DNA of 44,573 nucleotides from a virus: UHGV virus genome UHGV-0024513; one strand, 5' to 3'. Shown piece by piece: positions 37,410 to 44,573 of this stretch (position 1 is its first letter; each line of letters starts with the position of its first letter). The notes under the pieces were generated by a model. It saw only the letters and a program-made list of their open reading frames with translations, ran no database searches and was not told where the DNA came from. The position numbers and the translations under genes were made by a program.

Positions 37410-38144
37410 CTAGTTTGCGTTGAACTGCCGGAGAACCCCAAGTAGGTAAAGTCCGGGGTTCCGGTAGTCTGGAAGGGTATCGGAAGGGTAGGTCAAGGCT
37501 TCATCAAGCCCATACGTCATGTGATCGAGAAGAAACCTTTCAAGCGTGAACTTGCCGGAACGCTTACTGACGGGCACCTTTGTTCTGGCTTCAATGTCGT
37601 GGCATAGGGTCAATGCCAACCTGTACGCCTTGGACAGGAGCCGCTTTTGGATGTCCTGCATCTGGGCATGTGCCCGTTCAATCTCGTCAGCAAATTCGAT
37701 GAAAGGCCGTTCGTCGAGCCTCTGTCTGGGAATAGAGCCGGGGATGGTCGGCAGGGATTCCCGGCGTGTGCTGCGGCTCTTTGGCAGGGCAGGGCGGCTG
37801 CGCCGGGCAAGCTCCTCCTCCATCGCGTTGAACGCTTCGATGTACGCCAGCTTGATCGCGAGGGCCTTCTTGCCCGTATAGCCCATGACCAGCAACATGA
37901 AGCCGTCGCGGTAAATGATGTACATGGGGAGGGAACGCCCGGTTTCATCCAGATAGTTACTCACCTCAAAATTGAGGGCAGTAAAATTTTCTGGACAGTT
38001 ACCCATAATACTGCGGATATCACGCACAATATTGTCATGCCGCTTATTGAAAAACTTGGCTACCTCTAAAGATGTAACGGCGGGGCGTCCATCGTGGAGA
38101 GAAACGGTAGGTACGGGGTCGGAAAGGAGAAGAGATTGTGACAT
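37410..38144 (-). CDS. Rha-family phage regulatory protein (antirepressor-like)
   Basis: The N-terminal Rha domain matches VAKFFNKRHDNIVRDIR...NF...YIIYRDGFMLLVMGYTGKKA. Confidence 0.65.
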   Translation of the reverse strand: MSQSLLLSDPVPTVSLHDGRPAVTSLEVAKFFNKRHDNIVRDIRSIMGNCPENFTALNFEVSNYLDETGRSLPMYIIYRDGFMLLVMGYTGKKALAIKLAYIEAFNAMEEELARRSRPALPKSRSTRRESLPTIPGSIPRQRLDERPFIEFADEIERAHAQMQDIQKRLLSKAYRLALTLCHDIEARTKVPVSKRSGKFTLERFLLDHMTYGLDEALTYPSDTLPDYRNPGLYLLGVLRQFNAN

Positions 38145-38426
38145 GTGCCACTCCTATGGAGAGAGGATTGACACCGCCTACGAATGACGATGCCGGGTGT
38201 TCGTAACCGCCCATAGGTGCGGCTGCCCGCCTTTAGGCCGAAGCCTTGGACATATCGGGCACACCCGGCATCAAGAAGATGCAAGTATAGCAGAAAACCG
38301 CAGTCAAAAAGAGTCTTGACTTTGGCAAAAGGGCACAAAAAGAGCCATACTGTCGGGTGGCGTTGTCCGCCTATGGTTGGTGTTACGAGCACCGTGAGAA
38401 GACAACGCCACAAAATTTGGAAAATG

Positions 38427-39965
38427 TCAAGATGTGTTTCCTCTCCAACGGTAGGCTCTACGAAAGCCAGCTGCTTCTGCTTCCTTTATTGTATTACAAT
38501 ATAACTCTCCCTTGGCTGTTTCTATTTTTACCTTATCATAACACTGGTCAAATGGAAGATGATATATCCTTTCTCCCGTTGCCCCAATATTACACTTTAT
38601 ACATGGAAACATTTGAAACTTTTTATTTTCTATGATTTCAATGTTAAGCATTTTTGCAACTTCATGAGCAGTATCCGATAAGTGGCAAGAGGTAATAAAT
38701 ACGCCAGTTACATTTATTTTTTGCTCTATTAGTGAACTTTGATTACATTTTTTCTTTTCACTGAGTGAATAGGTAATACATGTTCCAAAAAGTTGAAAAA
38801 TGTGTTTTTCATGTATTGTTTTTTCTTTTGACCAATATTTACACTGCACTATTTTAGTTGCTTTATTTTTTTTTACAATCAAATCTCTTCCCATATCTTC
38901 AAAGCCTTTGAGTGCTCCAAAATATGTGACATCATATCCTTGTGTTTCGTATAAATAACCTATAAATCTTTCGTAATCTCTACCTATTTCCCAATTTGTT
39001 TTGTGTTTTTTCCAGTATCTATCGAGAGATATTTGATATTTTTCCGTATTATTTAATGAGCTCCATTCAGATGAAGATAGAAAGCGTTGAGCTTCATCTT
39101 TATATTCGTCATCAGATTGTGGATTACAAGTAATTTTTTCATCTGGTGCATCTTTGAAATCAGCAAGCCAAGGGAATAAGTATTCATAATATTTAATAAT
39201 GCCTTTATATATTTTATTTTGTTTTTCAGCTATTGCAGTACGCCTGCTAAATTCCTTTACTTTTTCAGCAGCAACAAGTGCAGGATTTTTTTTCTGTTCT
39301 AACTGAATTGAAACAATGTCTCCAAGCTCTTTTATAAATGAAGCATAGTATTGAGCAATCCAAGGAAATCCTTGTGTTTTTTCTTTAAATAATTTTTCTT
39401 GGATTTGTTTTGTTTTTTCAAATTCTTCAAATTCTTTTTTTAGTGCTATTCTTTTTTTCTCAGTTTCCTCTTCTCTTGCAAAAATATATGCTTTTTCTCT
39501 TTCTAGCTCTTTTTTTTTCTCTTCTAGGAGTAAATTTACTCTTTTTTCTATATCAAATTTATTTTTTGCTATAATTCCATCTTTTTGTATTATAATATTA
39601 GATAATTTTGAAATATCATTTTTTAAAATTCTAACTATTTCTGCGCTGTGTAATGCGGGGTTTGCTTTGTATCTTAAATAACTTTCCATAGCAGATGCTT
39701 TTTGTGACGCTATTTTTGAATAGTATTCTCCTATCCATGGAAAAGATGATGTCTTTTCATTTATGATTTTTTCTTTTATTATCAATTCTTGTTTTAATTC
39801 TTCTATTTTTTCTTCTTTTTTGTTTATTTCTATCATGCGATTATATAAATTTTCTCTATCGATATTAAGTTTATCTTTTTCATTATCTAATTTTTTAGAG
39901 CGGTAGAAGAGTACTATAAAAATAGGTATTATTAAAAGATAAAGAAAAACTATGATTCCTTTCAT
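38427..39965 (-). CDS. membrane-anchored Mrr-type (PF04471-like) restriction endonuclease domain protein with duplicated coiled-coil module; AT-rich moron
   Basis: N-terminal TM segment. Two copies of the ...FPWI(G/A)(E/Q)YY...KNPAL... module. GRDLIVKKNKATKIVQCKYW is an Mrr catalytic-domain D...QxK motif. C-terminal YH...C...EA..AGFR tail. Confidence 0.6.
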   Translation of the reverse strand: MKGIIVFLYLLIIPIFIVLFYRSKKLDNEKDKLNIDRENLYNRMIEINKKEEKIEELKQELIIKEKIINEKTSSFPWIGEYYSKIASQKASAMESYLRYKANPALHSAEIVRILKNDISKLSNIIIQKDGIIAKNKFDIEKRVNLLLEEKKKELEREKAYIFAREEETEKKRIALKKEFEEFEKTKQIQEKLFKEKTQGFPWIAQYYASFIKELGDIVSIQLEQKKNPALVAAEKVKEFSRRTAIAEKQNKIYKGIIKYYEYLFPWLADFKDAPDEKITCNPQSDDEYKDEAQRFLSSSEWSSLNNTEKYQISLDRYWKKHKTNWEIGRDYERFIGYLYETQGYDVTYFGALKGFEDMGRDLIVKKNKATKIVQCKYWSKEKTIHEKHIFQLFGTCITYSLSEKKKCNQSSLIEQKINVTGVFITSCHLSDTAHEVAKMLNIEIIENKKFQMFPCIKCNIGATGERIYHLPFDQCYDKVKIETAKGELYCNTIKEAEAAGFRRAYRWRGNTS

Positions 39966-40062
39966 GTTTACCCTCTATATTTTCTTTCACACTGCCAAAC
40001 GGGGTATATCGTTCCGTTATCAGAAAACAAATAGAAAGGGAACCGAACCGGAATAACACGCA

Positions 40063-40092
40063 AAAAAGGGGAGTGCGGACACACTCCCCAGG
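40063..40092. terminator. perfect 8-bp hairpin GGGGAGTG-CGGACA-CACTCCCC flanked by A6 on the plus strand (T6 on the minus strand); candidate insulator/terminator
   Basis: Read directly. Confidence 0.4.
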
Positions 40093-40161
40093 GCGACACG
40101 GCAACCGTTGAAAGCCTCTCCGTGTCTGACGTGATCACTATCATGAAAGACAACGGGAGAA

Positions 40162-40395
40162 ATGATTATCATGTGTTATGACCGCATGACTCCGAAAGAG
40201 GCCGCAGCCTACCTTGGTTTTTCAACGTCAACGCTCGAAAAATGGCGCAGGGGCCGCAAGTTTTGGGACGAATCGAACCGTGGACCGCGCTATACCAGTT
40301 TGAACGGGAGGATTTGGTACCGGAAAGACTGGCTCGACGAGTGGCAGGATTCCGTTTTCGGCCTTCCCTCACAACGCCTCACTGCGCCGCAATGA
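40162..40395 (+). CDS. AlpA/excisionase-family HTH regulator (start may be 40171 or 40186)
   Basis: MTPKEAAAYLGFSTSTLEKWR...RIWYRKDWLDEW. Confidence 0.55.
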   Translation: MIIMCYDRMTPKEAAAYLGFSTSTLEKWRRGRKFWDESNRGPRYTSLNGRIWYRKDWLDEWQDSVFGLPSQRLTAPQ

Positions 40396-40519
40396 ACCAT
40401 TTTACGCCGTATCATTCCGCATCTATCACCATGGCATATCATCATTTCATACCATCCCATTCATACTGACCTCCAAGAAACCCGGCATCCCGCCGGGGGA
40501 AATTTTGGAGGTCTTTTTT

Positions 40520-41107
40520 ATGGCTGAATTCGCATCGAAGGGTGTGGCTGGTTCCGGGCTCGGTCTTGGTATTGCGGGCACTGCTCTGGGGCTGCTCAAT
40601 GGTGGCTTGGGTGGTCTTTTGGGCGGTCTCGGCGGCGGTAATGCTGCTATGCTTGCCGGAGGCACCGCTCTGGGCGTCATCTCGGAAAAGGACGCGAAGA
40701 TCGCGAGATTGGAAGCGGAAAAGTACAGCGATCAGAGCATTGCCACGGTGTACGCGGCTACGAGAGAGGAAAACAAAGCTCTGCGTGAAGAAATGTTTGC
40801 GTTCATCAAGCCGCTGTCCGATGAAGCCGCAGCCAATCAGGTGAACATTGCCCGCATCGAAGAACAGATCAAGTGCATGGGCAAGACCAGCGAACTTCGC
40901 GAACAGATTGTTCTCGGCAAGGTGAACGAAGTGGCCTTGACTGCCAACAACGGGCTTACCGCCCTGAGCGGCGCGGTTGCGTGTCTCCAGCAGACCGTGA
41001 GCGGCCTGACGAAGACGATCATCCCGGCTTCCGCTGTGTTCCCTCAGCCCATGCCCGCTCAGAATGCGTGGAAGGCTCCCTGCAATTCCGATTGCCCGAA
41101 CAGTTAA
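40520..41107 (+). CDS. glycine-zipper (GxxxG-rich) N-terminal plus coiled-coil protein
   Basis: GGAGG RBS. GLGLGIAGTALGLLNGGLGGLLGGLGGG. Confidence 0.45.
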   Translation: MAEFASKGVAGSGLGLGIAGTALGLLNGGLGGLLGGLGGGNAAMLAGGTALGVISEKDAKIARLEAEKYSDQSIATVYAATREENKALREEMFAFIKPLSDEAAANQVNIARIEEQIKCMGKTSELREQIVLGKVNEVALTANNGLTALSGAVACLQQTVSGLTKTIIPASAVFPQPMPAQNAWKAPCNSDCPNS

Positions 41108-41119
41108 AGGAGGTGCACC

Positions 41120-41548
41120 ATGTGTTGTGTGCCTACTATCAACGTGACTGGCGTTACGGTCAATACCACCACGAACGTGGCGACGTTGGCCCTTGACGCT
41201 CCACTTCCGGACCGTGGCGCCTTCCGGCTGCGCTTTTGCAACTGCTCTGGGGCACAGCTCGATCCGTTTTGCGTCACGCCATGCACGAATCCACAGGCAA
41301 AGGTCCAGTTCTCGTATACGCCTACGGGCGGAACTGCGACAACGTACAGCACGGTTTACAACTGCCCGTGCTGCTGCGGGGCTATCCCCAGTTTCGTGTA
41401 TCTCTCTCAGGTCGTAAAACAGGCTGCCCGCTGCTGTGGCATCCTTAACGGAAAAAGCTCGTTCGCCTCGTCCGGAGCTGTCTTTCTGACTGACTGCCTC
41501 CCGTGTGCGAACGTGAGCTACGCGACGACAACCACGCCTTCGGCGTAA
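41120..41548 (+). CDS. Cys-rich protein (15 Cys in 142 aa; CPCCCG, CNCSG)
   Basis: AAGGAGG lies 7 nt upstream. Confidence 0.45.
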   Translation: MCCVPTINVTGVTVNTTTNVATLALDAPLPDRGAFRLRFCNCSGAQLDPFCVTPCTNPQAKVQFSYTPTGGTATTYSTVYNCPCCCGAIPSFVYLSQVVKQAARCCGILNGKSSFASSGAVFLTDCLPCANVSYATTTTPSA

Positions 41549-41563
41549 TCAAAGAGGTCAATC

Positions 41564-41896
41564 ATGCCAAAACTTGATCCGAATCACGTTGGAACTATCC
41601 TTGCCGCCTATCTTGATCAGGAAGTCATTCCCAAGGCTACCGGGCTGCAAAAAGTCGGGGCGATCATGGTTGGAACCATCGCGGCTCAAAAATCTGGGCA
41701 GATGGTCAAACAGTACACACCCGCGTTGAAATTCGCTGATGTGATGGATGAGGCAGGCATGATTGACCTCGATAAAGCCTATGCCTTGGCAAAAGACGCT
41801 TTTCAGAAGTCTGGGAAGGTTCCCGTCATGGGGCTTCTTCTCGACGATGGAGACGTTGAAATCATTCATGAAATTGCAAAAAGATACGCCCAGTGA
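41564..41896 (+). CDS. hypothetical protein (110 aa)
   Basis: AGAGG RBS. Confidence 0.4.
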   Translation: MPKLDPNHVGTILAAYLDQEVIPKATGLQKVGAIMVGTIAAQKSGQMVKQYTPALKFADVMDEAGMIDLDKAYALAKDAFQKSGKVPVMGLLLDDGDVEIIHEIAKRYAQ

Positions 41897-42093
41897 GGTC
41901 TATCATGGAATATAAGGAATGGCGGCAGAACGCCGCTGAGGAAACGGAAGAGCGCGTGCTCAAGACCATCGACAAGATTCTCGATGACAACGAGGGCTCG
42001 TCCCGGCTGCACGCTCAAGAGCTTGATGATCTGCTGGACTGCTGGAAGATCATGTGCCACATGCACCCGAACATGCCGATGAGCAACAAGTAA
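41893..42093 (+). CDS. hypothetical small protein (66 aa)
   Basis: Coupled ORF. Confidence 0.35.
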   Translation: MRSIMEYKEWRQNAAEETEERVLKTIDKILDDNEGSSRLHAQELDDLLDCWKIMCHMHPNMPMSNK

Positions 42094-42107
42094 CTTTCGG
42101 CATCCTC

Positions 42108-42380
42108 CTGACACAAAAAAATCCCCTCCCGGCGCGAACCGAGAGGGGGATTTTTTTTGGACACATATTCTGACACATATTTAGAGTAGTTTTGCCACAT
42201 TTTGACACATTTTGCTGAGGCTTAATATAATAAATTCGATATGTTAATATGTAAACAATGCCCTGTACATGGGAATCATGCTTAAAACAACAGTGTGTAA
42301 AAGTTGTTTGTTAACCATTGGTTATTGACGAACTGAACATCCATCTTTAAGTTGCCACATATTTTCTGCCACATATTTAG
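42108..42380. repeat. array of at least 7 direct repeats TG(A/C)CACAT(A)TTT (candidate integrase arm-type sites / attP region)
   Basis: Copies at about 42108, 42160, 42170, 42193, 42203, 42348 and 42367. The last two lie inside the int 3' coding end. Confidence 0.6.
42114..42158. terminator. bidirectional intrinsic terminator (A7-ATCCCCTC..GAGGGGGAT-T8)
   Basis: GC stem with T runs on both strands. It lies between convergent operons. Confidence 0.65.
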
Positions 42381-43416
42381 GTTCAGGGATAGCCTCAATT
42401 GCGGCAATTTTTTGAGAGTTGAGGACGTGCTGATAGTGTTTCAAAACCATTGTAAGGCTGGCGTGCCCCATGAGCTTTGCAACCGTCCCGATGTCTGCAC
42501 CTGCGGCGATAGCTTCGGTAGCAAAGGCATGTCTCAGATCGTAGGGACGTATCTTTCTTGATATTCCAGCACGCCTGAGAGCGGCTTTCCAACCCTCATG
42601 TATGGTTCTAATGGGCTTTCCTCTGAAATGGATAACTTGATTGACTCCTAATTCTTTATCAGCATCACGCCACGACCGCAATTCATCTATCAATGTTTTT
42701 CTTATCGGGATATCACGGATGGGTTCTTTTCTATTTTTCTTTGCAGCATGTAGATGAATCACACTATTTTCAATGTCTACATCGGACCATTTTAAACTGA
42801 AAAGCTCTGATGGACCTACTCTAATACCCATTTGTGAACCAAGTATGATCACGCGCCGCACATGCTCATTGGCGTGTGCGAATATCAAGGCAATTTCATG
42901 CTGTGTCGGTGGTACAAAATGTTCATATTCAACATGCGGCAAAGTTGGGATTCTTGGCATCTCTCTGATGAGTTCATTTTGATATGCCCATCTAATTATG
43001 GAAATAACCGGACTTACATAACGCCTGATAGTTGCTGTTTTGATTCTACGTGATAGAAAATACTCGACGAGGGTTTTAAGTTTTGTACTATCAATCTCAT
43101 GAATGGGGATATCACACATGAATGGCATAGCCAGTTTCATATTTGCCAAATGTCTGTTTAATGCCTTTTCCGAAAAGTGTTTTTCTTTTAGAAATAAATA
43201 ATATACGGACTCAAATGTGTGTTCCTGATTCGTCTCAGAGACTTCGTCCTTACGGAATGAATCTCTTTCATACTTAAGCTGATACTTCTTGAGGGCATCT
43301 TGCTTCTTTGCTTCCTCCTCTGTTTCGACGTAAAGTGACTCACGCTTGAGCGTAAAAGGGTTATTCCAGTACACTTCCCACGGCTTTCTACGGCCTTTCC
43401 TATGTCTGATAGCCAT
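42322..43416 (-). CDS. int: tyrosine recombinase / phage integrase
   Basis: C-terminal YDLRHAFAT...LGHASLTMVLKHYQHV (R..H..Y catalytic signature). AGGAG RBS before the internal Met at 43416. The longer ORF extends to 43518. Confidence 0.8.
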   Translation of the reverse strand: MAIRHRKGRRKPWEVYWNNPFTLKRESLYVETEEEAKKQDALKKYQLKYERDSFRKDEVSETNQEHTFESVYYLFLKEKHFSEKALNRHLANMKLAMPFMCDIPIHEIDSTKLKTLVEYFLSRRIKTATIRRYVSPVISIIRWAYQNELIREMPRIPTLPHVEYEHFVPPTQHEIALIFAHANEHVRRVIILGSQMGIRVGPSELFSLKWSDVDIENSVIHLHAAKKNRKEPIRDIPIRKTLIDELRSWRDADKELGVNQVIHFRGKPIRTIHEGWKAALRRAGISRKIRPYDLRHAFATEAIAAGADIGTVAKLMGHASLTMVLKHYQHVLNSQKIAAIEAIPEPKYVAENMWQLKDGCSVRQ

Positions 43417-43454
43417 ACTGAATAGCTCCTGAGCAAAGGAGGCCGCTCCAGCTG

Positions 43455-43754
43455 CTACTGGACGGCCCCCATATTGAACTCTGCTAAAAGTTCCTTGGCG
43501 GATTTTCCGATGACGCACCCTGATGTTTTGGTTTGTCTTCGTCGCCTTGGAACTCCTGCCTTTGCCTGAGCCTCAGCATGTAATGTGTCGATCACCGTCA
43601 TAACGGCCCGACGATGCCAGCGCAAGCCGTTTCCGCGTCCACGTCCCAGATCGACAGGCTGCACGCCGTGGGAGCGTAGCAAGTTGAGTGAACGTGTAAT
43701 CCCCATTCCCATGAGTTCGGATGCCTGTTCTGTAGTCAAAAGTGTTGGCTCCAT
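43455..43754 (-). CDS. xis: excisionase/AlpA-like HTH DNA-binding protein
   Basis: AGGAGGAAAG RBS. HTH segment EQASELMGMGITRS. It lies adjacent to int. Confidence 0.55.
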   Translation of the reverse strand: MEPTLLTTEQASELMGMGITRSLNLLRSHGVQPVDLGRGRGNGLRWHRRAVMTVIDTLHAEAQAKAGVPRRRRQTKTSGCVIGKSAKELLAEFNMGAVQ

Positions 43755-43765
43755 TTTCTTTCCTC

Positions 43766-44260
43766 CTACGCGGCCCGCTCGTACACCCGCGTCCCAATCT
43801 CAGCGATTCGCGGATCGACCTTTTCGAGCGCATTGCACAGCGTGGTCAGCGTTTTGAGCAGGTTGTGCCAGTGAAGGCCCCGGAAGTAGGCGGGGCAGGT
43901 GTTCCGGCAGTCCTCAAGGAAGGTCAGCCCGGCCCACATCCCGGCACCCCATTGCGTCCAGCGGGAAGCATCGGCGGTCGCGGCCTGAATATCCCCGACA
44001 TGCCCGGCAAGGATATGGAACCGGGCATCCAGATCTCGTTTAGCGCCTGCGGAGAGCCTGCGCTTCTGCGTGTCGTCCGCGCATCGGTCGATCCAGCGGT
44101 TGACCTTCTCGACTTGTCTGCCAAGGTCGCCAAGACTGGAAAGCATTTCCGGCTTGAGGAGGGATAGCGCCACGGTGATCATGGACAGGGCCAGAACACA
44201 GCGGGTGTGCTGGATGGCCTCGTTTGGGTACGGGATTACGGGGTTGATTGGTCTTCGCAT
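43766..44260 (-). CDS. hypothetical protein (164 aa from MRRPINP)
   Basis: GGAGGAGAAC RBS before the ATG at 44260. The longer ORF runs to 44380. Confidence 0.45.
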   Translation of the reverse strand: MRRPINPVIPYPNEAIQHTRCVLALSMITVALSLLKPEMLSSLGDLGRQVEKVNRWIDRCADDTQKRRLSAGAKRDLDARFHILAGHVGDIQAATADASRWTQWGAGMWAGLTFLEDCRNTCPAYFRGLHWHNLLKTLTTLCNALEKVDPRIAEIGTRVYERAA

Positions 44261-44276
44261 GTTCTCCTCCAGAAAA

Positions 44277-44300
44277 GGAAAAGCCCCTTTCGGGGCTATT
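44277..44300 (-). terminator. intrinsic terminator (GCCCC-GAAA-GGGGC + TTTTCC) overlapping Lar-like stop
   Basis: Stem plus T-run on the minus strand. Confidence 0.5.
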
Positions 44301-44571
44301 TCGGTCCGTGCTTGGCTTTGGCGTCCCAAGCGTCTACGGCTTCCTTGAGTGTATCGAAAAGCGGAGTTTTTGCGGGGCATCCAACTTTATCACAAGAGAC
44401 GCGCCACATTTCGACTATGCCGACAAAGGTTGTTGCCAATCTGCACTCTGTGTATGCCGAACCGTTGCATACAGGGCACGGTTTCAAGGCCATGGCTATT
44501 CCTCCGGTTCGCGGGGGGAGTTGATGAGGTATCCATGCTTTTGCGCCACGCAACGTCAGTTCTTCGGACAT
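44296..44571 (-). CDS. lar: Lar-family restriction alleviation protein
   Basis: ALKPCPVCNG...C...C matches the Lar LKPCPFCG zinc-ribbon motif. Confidence 0.55.
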   Translation of the reverse strand: MSEELTLRGAKAWIPHQLPPRTGGIAMALKPCPVCNGSAYTECRLATTFVGIVEMWRVSCDKVGCPAKTPLFDTLKEAVDAWDAKAKHGPK

Positions 44572-44573
44572 GG

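Overview
The window reads as a complete, probably circular ~44.6 kb genome of a temperate short-tailed phage with high-GC host codon usage. Both window ends appear to join: an open minus-strand ORF at 1..201 continues in-frame across the end into the Lar-like gene at 44571.

Layout. The early-left operon is on the minus strand. Following that operon across the window end, it runs: small ORFs, a Cas4-like exonuclease, a RecT/Bet annealing protein, more small ORFs, [window end], a Lar-like restriction-alleviation gene, an excisionase, a tyrosine integrase, and a block of arm-type repeats that looks like attP. The immunity region is an HTH repressor without a protease domain, divergent from a Cro-like gene. 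A CII-like regulator follows, then an O-like replication gene carrying internal iterons, and a VRR-NUC nuclease. A 10-bp-periodic TGCACA array plus terminator precedes the lysis cassette (M15 endolysin, holin, spanin-like ORFs). Downstream are a DUF559 endonuclease, TerS and TerL, a portal, a scaffold, a capsid, a T7 gp17-like tail fibre with an S74 C-terminal chaperone, and gp11- and gp12-like tail-tube proteins. Last come putative ejection proteins ending in a 2453-aa polyvalent virion protein.

Most interesting system. The giant protein carries a diphtheria-toxin-like ADP-ribosyltransferase signature (H-G-T, then Y-x10-Y) and two HExxH zincin motifs. It sits where T7-like phages encode injected internal-core proteins, so it is a candidate injected multi-effector.

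Accessory and AT-rich features. There is a membrane-anchored Mrr-type nuclease with an internal duplication, next to a Rha antirepressor. A small gene contains a perfect A11(GA)35 microsatellite that encodes a poly(Arg-Glu) tract; this looks like a phase-variable contingency locus. There is a Gly-zipper / Cys-rich gene pair, several small hydrophobic peptides, and a tRNA-like element with non-canonical D and anticodon arms.

No CRISPR array, IS element or rRNA was seen.
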